A stretch of DNA of 64,000 nt from Verrucomicrobiota bacterium (GTDB lineage: Bacteria; Verrucomicrobiota; Verrucomicrobiia; Limisphaerales; Palsa-1400): the NCBI GenBank assembly GCA_049510745.1, contig JBEKYR010000010.1:32001-96000 (forward strand). The letters are read 5' to 3'. Positions 29,599-40,987 of this stretch are shown here, in pieces. The first letter of the stretch is position 1; the number at the start of each line of letters is the position of its first letter. A program made the position numbers and the translations under genes. The notes below the pieces were generated by a model, which saw only the letters and a list, made by a program, of their open reading frames with translations, did not search any database and was not told the DNA's origin.

Positions 29599-31983
29599 TT
29601 ACGGGGACACCACGTTGGTAGAGAGCAGGAAGAACGCCGTGGGCGCCGGCGGACCGGCGGCTGGCGGAGCCGGGTTCTGCAGCCCATTCGCCGTCGGCAC
29701 ATCGTCCTTGGGCAACAAGACCCAGAAATTCTGGCCGAAAGGTGTCGCGAGGGGCATGATCCTGGGCGCATTGGTGTCACTGTAGCCACTGTACCACCCC
29801 GGATTGATCCAATTTGCCGACATCAAATTGGTGCTCGAGGCCAGGGTGAAATTGGCCGCCGGCTGCGACCACTCGATCCACCAGCCACCAGGGGTATCGT
29901 TGGTCGTTACAATGATCGTACTGGCGGTCATCGCGGAGGCACTGTTGTTGAACTCGCCCGAAGGGGTTAAGTTTGCGCTAATGTCGCTGCCTTCCGCGGT
30001 GAAGTCTTCGAACTCATTGACGCCGGCGACACCAGTGACCTTGATCATCCCGTAATCTATATACGCTCCTTCCCCCGCCACCGAGTTGGGCTGGTGCCCG
30101 AAAACGCAGTACATAGGATCGGCGAAGTCGGCCATCAGATTCGTGTCGGTGATCGTAAAGTTCGTCGGGCCAAGGATGACTTGGCCTGGCGGGATGACGT
30201 AGCCGGTGTTGGTACTGGTGAACACCAGCGTCCACGTGCCAACGGCAGTGGAGTTGGTGAAGGACAACGCGTTACCGTACGGATTCCCCGTACCGCCCGG
30301 ATTCGAACCCGACGCATTGGTCTTCCACTGGACGTTGCACACGACCTGGCCGGCGGCCGGCCCCGGATTCAGTTGCATCCAAAGCATGTTAAGCGCATTC
30401 CAATCGGAATATTGACTGCCCGAACTGCCGGGTATCAGTTCGAGGTGTATTTGTCCGATGTTGGAGTTGTAATTCTGGAGCGAGTATGAGTATTCGACTG
30501 GGTAAGTCACACTCGGGTCCACCCAGGACTGCGATGAGTCAGTGGTGTACAACTCCTCGCGATCATAAGTATTGGCGGTCGATCCGGCGAAAATCCGCAA
30601 CCCCGGTTTTGCCGGCTGCGGAACCGCCAGCGTCGGCGGGGGTATTATCTGAGTAGCCAGCGGTCCGGTGAATTTGACGTTATCCACGTACAGAATCTGA
30701 TTGCCGGTTAGACCACCGCCACCAACGTAGGCGGTCACGTCTTCGCCAATTAACACACCGCCAATATCGGTGAAGGCGGCGTTGTTGTTGGGAAACTGCG
30801 CGGTTATATGGTGCCAGTTGGTGTCGCTGATGGTCGTGTAGCTGGAGTTTATCCAGTCCTGACCTCCGGAGACGGGCCGGATGCCCAGCCGTATGACGCC
30901 GAGAACGCCGTTGGCGTTCGTTGTCCCGGCCGAGCTGGGGTCAAACATCACGTCGCACTCCAGATTCGTGTACTGTGGGTAGCCGATGCCGACCGTTCCC
31001 CCCGGGACATACAGTGTTCCGAACCCCTGTTGATAGACGACAAACTGCTGATATCCATCGCTGGCCGCGTCCCAAGTCATGTTGATTGCCATCGCTCCGT
31101 TTGCATTCGTATCGCCGCTGACGTTCACATTGGGATCAAAGGAAACAGTGACTCTGGTGCCAAACCACTCGCCCCAGACGCTTGTAATATTTCCAGCGGC
31201 GTAGCTTTCGGCGGAGGGATAATAATCGTAATTGGTCGGGTTGCTAGAATTCACGCCGTTGGTGGAAAAGTCGTCCACAATGTAGTCGATCTCCGTTGGC
31301 GGCGTGCCCAAGGTGACGTTGTTCATGTAAATATTGGTTAATTCGCCACCGCTGCTTTGGAAGACCCAAACAAATTGCGCGTAGGTAGCGCCTGCAAAAT
31401 TCACACCCGCAGTCTTATAATTCCAAGTAACCACCTGCTGACGCGCCGGAGAGGTCGTACTATAGTAGAAAATAGGCTGTCCGTTCGAGTCATTGTTCGT
31501 ATCACCGGTTTCTGACCAACCATGTGCCGTTGCCGGAGTGCCATTATGCCACCCGCTAGGGTCGGAATTATATTGGAAATCAACCTGCTGAAGGTATCCG
31601 CTGGGAGTGCCGGCGTCACCAGGAGGTACTGATAATGTGAAGCTCAGTTGGGAACTGTTGGTGAGCGCGGCGATCTGGGCAGGCGTAAGACTGATATAAA
31701 GCCGAACGTTGCCGTATCCAGTTTCGTGGATAACAAGGCTTTGGGCGTAGCCGGCTGCCACACCTGCATACACATCGAATGCGCTCGGGGAGTTTGCGGC
31801 GGAAAAAATTGAACCATTTGGTCCGAATCCGCCCTGACCACGGTCCCACCCCTCATCATTTGCCGGGGTGGGGGGAATTGAGGCGCTTAACCAACTCCCG
31901 ATCCGCAGCCCTTGTGCTTGTGCCGCGAAGGCCAAGCCGCTCAGTAAACCCACAACTGCCGCTATTTTATGCAATGTTTTCAT
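29599..31983 (-). CDS. Large secreted Thr/Asn/Gly-rich beta-sandwich protein, unknown function
   Basis: Signal peptide MKTLHKIAAVVGLLSGLAFAAQA; domain ends IYMNNVTL and LYVDNVKF resemble CBM/jelly-roll modules. The frame is also open back to ATG 32103. Confidence 0.85.
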   Translation of the reverse strand: MKTLHKIAAVVGLLSGLAFAAQAQGLRIGSWLSASIPPTPANDEGWDRGQGGFGPNGSIFSAANSPSAFDVYAGVAAGYAQSLVIHETGYGNVRLYISLTPAQIAALTNSSQLSFTLSVPPGDAGTPSGYLQQVDFQYNSDPSGWHNGTPATAHGWSETGDTNNDSNGQPIFYYSTTSPARQQVVTWNYKTAGVNFAGATYAQFVWVFQSSGGELTNIYMNNVTLGTPPTEIDYIVDDFSTNGVNSSNPTNYDYYPSAESYAAGNITSVWGEWFGTRVTVSFDPNVNVSGDTNANGAMAINMTWDAASDGYQQFVVYQQGFGTLYVPGGTVGIGYPQYTNLECDVMFDPSSAGTTNANGVLGVIRLGIRPVSGGQDWINSSYTTISDTNWHHITAQFPNNNAAFTDIGGVLIGEDVTAYVGGGGLTGNQILYVDNVKFTGPLATQIIPPPTLAVPQPAKPGLRIFAGSTANTYDREELYTTDSSQSWVDPSVTYPVEYSYSLQNYNSNIGQIHLELIPGSSGSQYSDWNALNMLWMQLNPGPAAGQVVCNVQWKTNASGSNPGGTGNPYGNALSFTNSTAVGTWTLVFTSTNTGYVIPPGQVILGPTNFTITDTNLMADFADPMYCVFGHQPNSVAGEGAYIDYGMIKVTGVAGVNEFEDFTAEGSDISANLTPSGEFNNSASAMTASTIIVTTNDTPGGWWIEWSQPAANFTLASSTNLMSANWINPGWYSGYSDTNAPRIMPLATPFGQNFWVLLPKDDVPTANGLQNPAPPAAGPPAPTAFFLLSTNVVSP

Positions 31984-32307
31984 GATTGATTTTGGCTGAA
32001 TTTTAATATTTTGGCGTTCACGCCGATTCGCCGATCCGCATAATGCCACGAGGACCAAGGCTGCCAGGCTTTGATACGTCCGATTCTTAACGTGTCTTTT
32101 CATAGGGATTTTATGTGTTGTTTTCGGTTGATTCGTTTGCGGTTAACTCATTTGCAGTCGAGAACTTCTTGATGCTGTCCAAGGAGGAAAAATAACAACT
32201 TGTTCCGCCGGGGCGACGGCTTCCGCAGTCAGCACCGGCCTTTTTGACGGGTTGGCGACGCCGCTTCAATTCGCATGACGAAAAGACGAATGCGGACATG
32301 GGTTGTA

Positions 32308-32372
32308 GTTTGTTTTCGGCGCGAATTATATCATGCCGAAAGGGGATGTCCAGAGTTTTTTTTAAGAATTTA
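32308..32372 (-). promoter_or_regulatory. Promoter with overlapping candidate ROK operator
   Basis: Minus strand TGGACA-16 bp-TATAAT with a TGn extension; site gtttgTTttcggcgcgAAttata. Confidence 0.72.
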
Positions 32373-33593
32373 AACGCCAAACGGGGCGTCGAAATGCTTC
32401 TGCAAGACCAGGGCGATTGTCCCCTGCAAGCGCGGCTGGGCTTCGGGGTCCGTGGGCAGAATGCGGGTATTGGCGTGGGTGAAACAGCGCGCCTGCACCA
32501 CGCCGGTGACAATGGGGCCGACTCGGTTCCACGCCCGCGTGACTTCGCCCGCCACCAGCAGCACATCCGGTGCCAGCCCGGTGACAAGCATCGCAATGCC
32601 GGCTCCCAAGTGACGGGCCATTTGGTCCAGCGCCCGCCCCGCCGTTTCATCGCCCTGTTCCGCCAGGCGCAAAACATCGCCAAACCGCGCACGGGCGGTG
32701 TCGCTCTGGGAGCCGACTTCCCCTTTGCGAGCCGACGAGAATTCGGCGTAATAGCGCACGGCGGCGGCGTTGGAGGCCAGCACTTCCCAACACCCATAAT
32801 TGCCGCAACGGCATCGCGGCCCCTCGCCTGTGAGCGAAACGTGTCCGAACTCGCCGGCGGCGCCGCTGGAGCCGCGCGCAAGCTGGCCGTTGACGATCAT
32901 CCCGACCCCGATGCCATCCGAAACGGTGACCGTGACCAGGTTGGCAATCCCCTCGCCGTAACGCCCGGACCAGGCCTCGGCCAGGGCGCAGGCATTGGCG
33001 GCGTTTTCCAATTCCACGGCCAATCCCGTGGCCTGTTCCAGCGGGGTTTTCAAATCCACATCGTTCCAGCCCAGGTTGGGGGCGAAAATGAGCCGATGCG
33101 AGGAAGACTCAATGCGGCCGGGCAGACTGACGCCAATGCCCTCATACGATTTCTTCGGATAAGCGCGCATGAGGCCGATGACGCGGCGGCCCAGCCGGGC
33201 GATAAACTCGGCCGGATCGGCGTCGGTGGAAATCTGTTCCTGCGCCAGGAAACGGTTGTCCATGCTCGACACGGCCAGGGTCGTGATTTGAGGTTGGATA
33301 TCCACCCCGATGATGCCGGCCCGTTCGGAATTGAGATGCAGGAAGGTCGGTTTGCGGCCGCGCGGCAATTGGCCGACGGCGCCTTCCCTGACCCATTGCT
33401 GGGCAATCAACTGCTCGGTAATGGCGGAGACGGTGCTGCGTTGCATGCCCGAGCGCCGGGCCACGGCGGCGCGCGAGATGGGCTGGTGCCGGCGCACCAG
33501 ATTGAGCACAATGCGGCGGTTGATATCGCGGGCCGTTTCACTCCGGGCGACCCTGATATTGTTTAAATCTATTCTTCGCAGCTTGCTTTTCAC
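32370..33593 (-). CDS. ROK-family transcriptional repressor (NagC/XylR-like)
   Basis: wHTH ISRAAVAR..GMQRSTVS, GRKP, GIGVSLPG, ENAANACALAE, GEFGH, CRCGNYGCWE. Confidence 0.95.
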   Translation of the reverse strand: MKSKLRRIDLNNIRVARSETARDINRRIVLNLVRRHQPISRAAVARRSGMQRSTVSAITEQLIAQQWVREGAVGQLPRGRKPTFLHLNSERAGIIGVDIQPQITTLAVSSMDNRFLAQEQISTDADPAEFIARLGRRVIGLMRAYPKKSYEGIGVSLPGRIESSSHRLIFAPNLGWNDVDLKTPLEQATGLAVELENAANACALAEAWSGRYGEGIANLVTVTVSDGIGVGMIVNGQLARGSSGAAGEFGHVSLTGEGPRCRCGNYGCWEVLASNAAAVRYYAEFSSARKGEVGSQSDTARARFGDVLRLAEQGDETAGRALDQMARHLGAGIAMLVTGLAPDVLLVAGEVTRAWNRVGPIVTGVVQARCFTHANTRILPTDPEAQPRLQGTIALVLQKHFDAPFGV

Positions 33594-33601
33594 ACCATTT
33601 G

Positions 33602-33618
33602 TTAGTTATATTAACTAA
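33602..33618. promoter_or_regulatory. Perfect 7-3-7 palindrome, candidate autoregulatory operator
   Basis: ttagtta-tat-taactaa, 8 bp upstream of the ROK start codon. Confidence 0.6.
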
Positions 33619-33724
33619 TCCATTTGTTCCCTTTCGTCCAGCACAAACTGGCAATTACTTCATCTCTGCCGGCTCCCATTCGCTGCACCACTTGTCAAGT
33701 GTTTTGTTCCTTCGGAGAAGCGAC

Positions 33725-34162
33725 CTACTCAATCTTGCGATTGTAGGTCACGAGATAGAGCTGCGTGCCCGCAATGCTCTTGAACTCCGTGGGGCGTTTC
33801 GCGCCGGAAAGGTCGTAGCAGATGCGGAGCGTGTCGCCTTCGAGTTCGTAGATCGCAGGGAAAGTCTTGCCGCTGTTCGGTCCAGCCGTGCCGGTAATGG
33901 TCATACTCTTGGGCTTGGTGGCGGAATCGAGCGTGTAGGTGCCCCTGTCGGGATTTCCTCCGACGAAAACTTCATATTTTCCGTTGTTCAGCTTGAGGCT
34001 GATGCTCTTCAAGACAGCGTCAGTCATGGGCTGTCCGGCCAACTCGGCCTTGGCGGGTTTCCAATTTCCCTGAACTGCTTTGGCGTCGTCGTCGGGCGAG
34101 CCGGCAGCGAACGCGTTCAGTGAAGCGCCAACAGCGAGGCAGACGCAGAGAAGGTATTTCAT
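33725..34162 (-). CDS. TIGR03067-type secreted small beta-barrel protein
   Basis: Signal peptide, VQGNWK, GTYTLD...PK, AIYELEGDTLRICY, RPTEF. Confidence 0.88.
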   Translation of the reverse strand: MKYLLCVCLAVGASLNAFAAGSPDDDAKAVQGNWKPAKAELAGQPMTDAVLKSISLKLNNGKYEVFVGGNPDRGTYTLDSATKPKSMTITGTAGPNSGKTFPAIYELEGDTLRICYDLSGAKRPTEFKSIAGTQLYLVTYNRKIE

Positions 34163-34522
34163 AATGTCTGGAGTTGTGAATTATGGGACGCACACAAACG
34201 CCTGACGACTAATATACGAACCGCGGTTCATTTATTGAAACACAAAAAAACAGCCGCATCCATCCGATCCATCCGCATTTTCAAATCGGCTCTGACACCG
34301 TGCGGTCAATATGGCCGATCTGCGGCGAAAATCGAGCGTCTTCCATAATCGGTCAACAGCAGAGTAAAACGAGCAGAACCGGAAAGCGTCAAGGCTGGCC
34401 GAGGCCAGTGGATGCCCGCCACAAGGTGCGGAACTTCATCCTTCTGCCTTCTTCCTTCCTCCTTGCCCGTCACCGCTCCCCTCTTGCCTTCGCCTCAAGG
34501 CTCTCTACACTCGCCTGCGCTC

Positions 34523-36544
<2,022 letters not shown>

Positions 36545-36553
36545 GGCGCCGGG

Positions 36554-37288
36554 CTATCTACCTTCGCCGTTTTTGTTCAGGAGAAAATCGGGCGTCAGAT
36601 CGGCGGGTTTGGCCAGGTAGCGGAGATCGCCTTCGAACACGACCCGCTTTTTCTTGACTGTGAACTTGGTTTTCCCCGCCAGGGCCACAGCCCGGAGCGC
36701 GTCCCAGCCGTTCAAATCGAAGGCCGCCAGGCTGTGCCGGAAAAAGTGATAGGACTCATGCGTGCGCAGGCCCGGCGAAATATGGGTGTCCAGATCGAAG
36801 GCCAGGATCGGCTGCACAAAATCCCAGTCGCAATCGTTGAAGACGGCGTGTTTCTCGAACTTCTTTTTCTTGATCCGGTCCGCCGTGCGCTGGTCTTCCA
36901 CCGCCGCCTGCGGCTCCAGCGGGTCTTCCGCCGTGTGCAGGATCAGGAACGGCGGCCGCAGCGTGGCCTGGATGTGCGTCTGGTTGGTCAGGGCCGAGAC
37001 GGCGTCGAGCAGGGTCGGCGAGGCGTTGGTCAGCGCCGCGCGGGCGCGCCGGAAGAAATAGAACTCATCCGTCGCCCCCGGCATGAAGATGAGCGCCTGC
37101 ACCGCCGGGTTGCGCCGGAAGGAATCGAGCATGAGGCGCACGCAATTGTGCCGGTTCAATTCCGGGGCCTTCTCCGTCAGCGGCATTTTGGCGAATTCCT
37201 CCTGCCACGCCGGCTGCGCCGGCAGCGGCGCCGCCGCCAGGAGCAACGAGGCAACGGCCAGGCCGGAATGGAATCGCGGCGGCATCAT
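36554..37288 (-). CDS. Secreted hypothetical protein
   Basis: MMPPRFHSGLAVASLLLAAAPLPAQ signal peptide 2 bp after the hscB-like stop; host codon usage. Confidence 0.75.
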   Translation of the reverse strand: MMPPRFHSGLAVASLLLAAAPLPAQPAWQEEFAKMPLTEKAPELNRHNCVRLMLDSFRRNPAVQALIFMPGATDEFYFFRRARAALTNASPTLLDAVSALTNQTHIQATLRPPFLILHTAEDPLEPQAAVEDQRTADRIKKKKFEKHAVFNDCDWDFVQPILAFDLDTHISPGLRTHESYHFFRHSLAAFDLNGWDALRAVALAGKTKFTVKKKRVVFEGDLRYLAKPADLTPDFLLNKNGEGR

Positions 37289-37290
37289 TA

Positions 37291-37908
37291 TCAAAACGAA
37301 AGTTGCGTGATCCGTTCCTGGAGTTGTTCGCTCCAGCGCGCCAGGTAGCTCAAGTCGCGCGCCATCTCCTCCAGCCGCCGCAAGGGCAGGGCGGAGGCGC
37401 GGGCGGGCGAGCCGGGGGGCGGCGCGGAGTTCCAGGCGGCGTTCATCTCCTTTAATTCTGCCAAAAGTTTCCCCTGCCGCAAATGGATTTCCTGTTGCAG
37501 CGCGCCCAGCTTTTCGGCCCAGGCCATCGCCGGCTCGAACCATTGCGCCTGCAACAGCGGTGACGGCGCTTTGGCCCTGGCCGCGACAATGCCGTCGGCT
37601 CCGCGGCAGAGAAGGCCGATTTCGACGAACAAATCCATCGTGTCGGGCGGGATGTCCTTGAGGTTGGCCGGCGGCGCGCCCAGTTCCAATTCCAGCAAAT
37701 GCAGCACGCGCGATTTGGCTTCGCGCAGGCAGTTGTAGGCGGCGTTCAACTCCGCGTAATGCCGCGTCGCCGCCGCCCGCTCCTCCCCGGTCGCGGTGTG
37801 GACGCGGTCGGGATGCGCCTGCGCGGAAAGTTCGAGGAAGCGGGCCTTGAGCGCGTCCAGATCGATCCACGGCTGGCGCGGCTGATCGAGCGCGGCGAAA
37901 GGGTCCAT
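37291..37908 (-). CDS. hscB: HscB-like J-domain co-chaperone
   Basis: DPFAAL, AHPD, LNAAYNCL, RVLHLLEL; directly downstream of an A-type Fe-S carrier. Confidence 0.75.
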   Translation of the reverse strand: MDPFAALDQPRQPWIDLDALKARFLELSAQAHPDRVHTATGEERAAATRHYAELNAAYNCLREAKSRVLHLLELELGAPPANLKDIPPDTMDLFVEIGLLCRGADGIVAARAKAPSPLLQAQWFEPAMAWAEKLGALQQEIHLRQGKLLAELKEMNAAWNSAPPPGSPARASALPLRRLEEMARDLSYLARWSEQLQERITQLSF

Positions 37909-37926
37909 GAAGGAGAGGCCGGGCGC

Positions 37927-38319
37927 TCAGGCGCTGAAACTTTCCCCGCACGAGCAACTGCTGGCCGCGTTGGGGTTCTTGACTTTGAAACCGCCGTCCT
38001 GCAAGGCATCCACGAAATCCAGTTCGCTCCCGGTGACATAGAGCGCGCTTTTCGGGTCCACCACCACCCGCACCCCGCTGCTCTCCACCAGAATGTCCCG
38101 GTTGGCCGGCTGGTCCTGCAAATCCATTTTATATTGCAGCCCGGAGCAGCCGCCCCCGACGACCGCCACGCGCAACACCCCGTTGGGCCGGCCCTGCCGT
38201 TGCAGGAGCGACGCCACCTTTTGCGCGGCGGCGGAAGTCACTTTGATGAGCCGCTCGTCTCCGACGCGAAAATTGGCGGGCGCGGGCGTCTCCGAAGCGG
38301 TTTGTCTGGCAGCAATCAT
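37927..38319 (-). CDS. A-type iron-sulfur carrier (HesB/IscA/ErpA family)
   Basis: GGGCSGLQY, NPNAASSCSCGESFS. Confidence 0.95.
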   Translation of the reverse strand: MIAARQTASETPAPANFRVGDERLIKVTSAAAQKVASLLQRQGRPNGVLRVAVVGGGCSGLQYKMDLQDQPANRDILVESSGVRVVVDPKSALYVTGSELDFVDALQDGGFKVKNPNAASSCSCGESFSA

Positions 38320-38447
38320 GGCGACTTCACAGTAGCCGCGGCGGCCGGAATCGGCAACGAGATTCGCTTGAATAAATCCGCCTGCCCGATAAAACTGGCC
38401 GGGCGTCATCCTGCGGCAAAAACAGCGGCGCGCCGCCGGCGAAGACC

Positions 38448-39776
38448 ATGAAAATCAACCAGCAAATCCGGCCAGCCGATTTGACGGGCAAAATCCGCCG
38501 GCTATGGGAGTTGTCCGCCGTCAAAATTCGCGCGCTGGACGCCGGCTACGATGTTGCCAAGGGTTCGCCGGTTTTCACCGTGCGCGGCCGTTACACGGCG
38601 CGCGGCTGGACGGAATGGACGCAAGGCTTTCAGGTGGGGGCGGCTCTTCTGCAATTCGATGCGACGGGCGAGGGGGAGTTTCTGGAAATGGGGCGAAGCC
38701 AGACGGTGCGCTGGATGGCGCCGCATGTCAGCCATTTTGGCGTGCATGATCACGGCTTCAACAACGTCAGCACCTATGGCAACCTCCTGCGCCTGATGAG
38801 CGAGGGCCGCCTGGCTGAGAATCCGTGGGAACGCGATTTCTACCGACTGGCCCTCAAGTTGAGCGGCGCGATCCAGGCGCGGCGCTGGACGGCGCTGCCG
38901 GAGGGCGGCGGCTTCATCTACTCGTTCAACGGGCCGCATTCGCTCTTTGTGGACACCCTTCGTTCGTTGCGCGCGCTGGCCCTGGGGCATCAACTGGGCC
39001 ACGTGTTGATGGAGGAGAACGACCGGCGGATATCGTTGCTTGACAGGCTTAAAGCCCACGCCACCGCCACCGCCGCTTATTGCGTCTGCTACGGCGAGGG
39101 GCGCGACGCCTACGACGTGCGCGGGCGCACGGCGCACGAGGCGATTTTCAACGCCAACGACGGCCATTTCCGCTGCCTCAATTCGCAGCAGGGTTATTCG
39201 CCCTTCAGCACCTGGACGCGCGGGCTGGCCTGGGCCATGTGCGGCTTCGCCGAGCAATTGGAATTCATGCGGGCCATCGGCGACGCCTCCCTCACGCCGT
39301 TGCTGCTCAAGGCGGCGCAAGCGACGTGCGACTTTTACCTCACGCACGCGGCCGCCGCCGACGGCATTCCATATTGGGACACCGGTGCGCCGCAGCTTTA
39401 CCGGCTGGGCGACTGGCAATCGCGCCCCGCCGATCCGTTCAACGCGCACGAACCGGTGGACAGCTCGGCGGCGGCCATCGCCGCGCAGGGGTTGCTGCGC
39501 CTGGGCCATTACCTCAAAAACAAACGCTATTGGCAGGCCGGCCTGACGCTGTTGGACGCGCTCTTCGACGAACCCTACCTCAGCACGGACCCAAAGCACC
39601 AGGGCCTGATTCTCCACAGCGTCTATCACCGTCCCAACAGCTGGGATTACATCCCCCGCGGCCAAAAAGTGCCGTGCGGCGAGTCCAGCATGTGGGGCGA
39701 TTACCACGCCCGCGAGGCCGCCCTTTATGTGCAGCGCATCGTCACTGCGGGCCGTTACCTGGCCTTTTTCTTATGA
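38448..39776 (+). CDS. GH88-like unsaturated glucuronyl hydrolase
   Basis: WTQGF, HDHGF, QGYS..STWTRGLAWA, IPYWD, DSSAAAIAA, WGDY. Confidence 0.85.
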   Translation: MKINQQIRPADLTGKIRRLWELSAVKIRALDAGYDVAKGSPVFTVRGRYTARGWTEWTQGFQVGAALLQFDATGEGEFLEMGRSQTVRWMAPHVSHFGVHDHGFNNVSTYGNLLRLMSEGRLAENPWERDFYRLALKLSGAIQARRWTALPEGGGFIYSFNGPHSLFVDTLRSLRALALGHQLGHVLMEENDRRISLLDRLKAHATATAAYCVCYGEGRDAYDVRGRTAHEAIFNANDGHFRCLNSQQGYSPFSTWTRGLAWAMCGFAEQLEFMRAIGDASLTPLLLKAAQATCDFYLTHAAAADGIPYWDTGAPQLYRLGDWQSRPADPFNAHEPVDSSAAAIAAQGLLRLGHYLKNKRYWQAGLTLLDALFDEPYLSTDPKHQGLILHSVYHRPNSWDYIPRGQKVPCGESSMWGDYHAREAALYVQRIVTAGRYLAFFL

Positions 39777-40570
39777 CCGCCGACCGCGCAAACGATCCGA
39801 AAAAACGCGTCGCGCTGGTGACGGGCGGCGCCCGCGGCATCGGCTTCGGCATCGCGCGGGCGCTGGCGCGGGAGGGTTTCGATTTGACTGTTTGCGGCGT
39901 GCGCGAAGGCGCGGCCGCCGAACCGGCCCTGGCCGTCTTGCGCCAATTGGGCGCCGCCGTGCTTTACGTCCAGGCGGACATCAGTGACAGCGCCGCGCGG
40001 CAACGGCTGGTGGAAGCGGCGCGGGAGAGATTTGGCCGCCTGCACCTGCTGGTCAACAACGCCGGTGTGGCGCCCAAAGTTCGGGCCGATATTCTGGAAG
40101 CGACCGAGGAGAGTTTCGAGTGGGTGCTGCGGGTCAATCTGCAAGGCCCTTACTTCCTGACGCAACGTTGCGCGCAATGGATGATCGCGCAGAAGAAGGC
40201 CGACCCAGCCTGGCAGGGCTGCATCGTTAACGTCTCGTCCATTTCCGCGACCGTCGCTTCCACCAACCGCGGGGACTATTGCGTCTCCAAAGCCGGGGTC
40301 GCGATGGCCACGCAATTGTGGGCGGCGCGCCTGGGCGAATTTGGCCTGCCCGTCTATGAAATCCGCCCCGGCCTCATTCAGACCGACATGACGGCCGCGA
40401 CGCAGGCCAAGTACGACAAACTGATAGCGGAGGGGTTGCTGGTGGAGCCGCGTTGGGGCGCGGCCGAAGACATCGGCAAAGCCGTGGCGATGCTGGCGCG
40501 CGGCGACCTGCCTTACGCCACCGGCCAGGTGCTCAACCTGGACGGCGGCCTGACCCTTCGCCGCCTGTAA
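39773..40570 (+). CDS. SDR-family oxidoreductase
   Basis: TGGARGIG, NNAG, YCVSK; ATGA overlap with the GH88 gene. Confidence 0.93.
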   Translation: MTADRANDPKKRVALVTGGARGIGFGIARALAREGFDLTVCGVREGAAAEPALAVLRQLGAAVLYVQADISDSAARQRLVEAARERFGRLHLLVNNAGVAPKVRADILEATEESFEWVLRVNLQGPYFLTQRCAQWMIAQKKADPAWQGCIVNVSSISATVASTNRGDYCVSKAGVAMATQLWAARLGEFGLPVYEIRPGLIQTDMTAATQAKYDKLIAEGLLVEPRWGAAEDIGKAVAMLARGDLPYATGQVLNLDGGLTLRRL

Positions 40571-40761
40571 ACGGCGGAAATCCCGGGTCATTTTCCCCGG
40601 TCAATTGGGGCCTGCTCGCCGGCGGCCCCGACGTCAGGGCGAATTTTGCCAAAAAAAGGCCCTGAAAAAATTCCACTTTTTTTCCTTCCGTAGGTTTTTC
40701 GACTTTACCGGGTTGTGCTCAAATTGCGTCCGCGATGAAACGCAACGCAGACATGATAAAT

Positions 40762-40983
40762 ATGAAAACGAGCCGAATCCTTCCGGTTGCCGCCGCCGCC
40801 TTGCTCGCGGCCGGCTGCAAAAACCCCGTCAACCTCTCCGGCTCCTACGCCACCCCGGCGCAGGACATCACCGGGTCCGTCAGCGTCACGACCAACAGCG
40901 TGACGGTGGGGGGCACTTGCGCGAAGACCAATGAAACCGTCGGCGGCAGTGTCACCGTCGGGAAGGAAGAAGGAAGAAGGTAG
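40762..40983 (+). CDS. Small lipoprotein
   Basis: MKTSRILPVAAAALLAAGC lipobox, followed by short beta-strand repeats. Confidence 0.75.
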   Translation: MKTSRILPVAAAALLAAGCKNPVNLSGSYATPAQDITGSVSVTTNSVTVGGTCAKTNETVGGSVTVGKEEGRR

Positions 40984-40987
40984 AATT

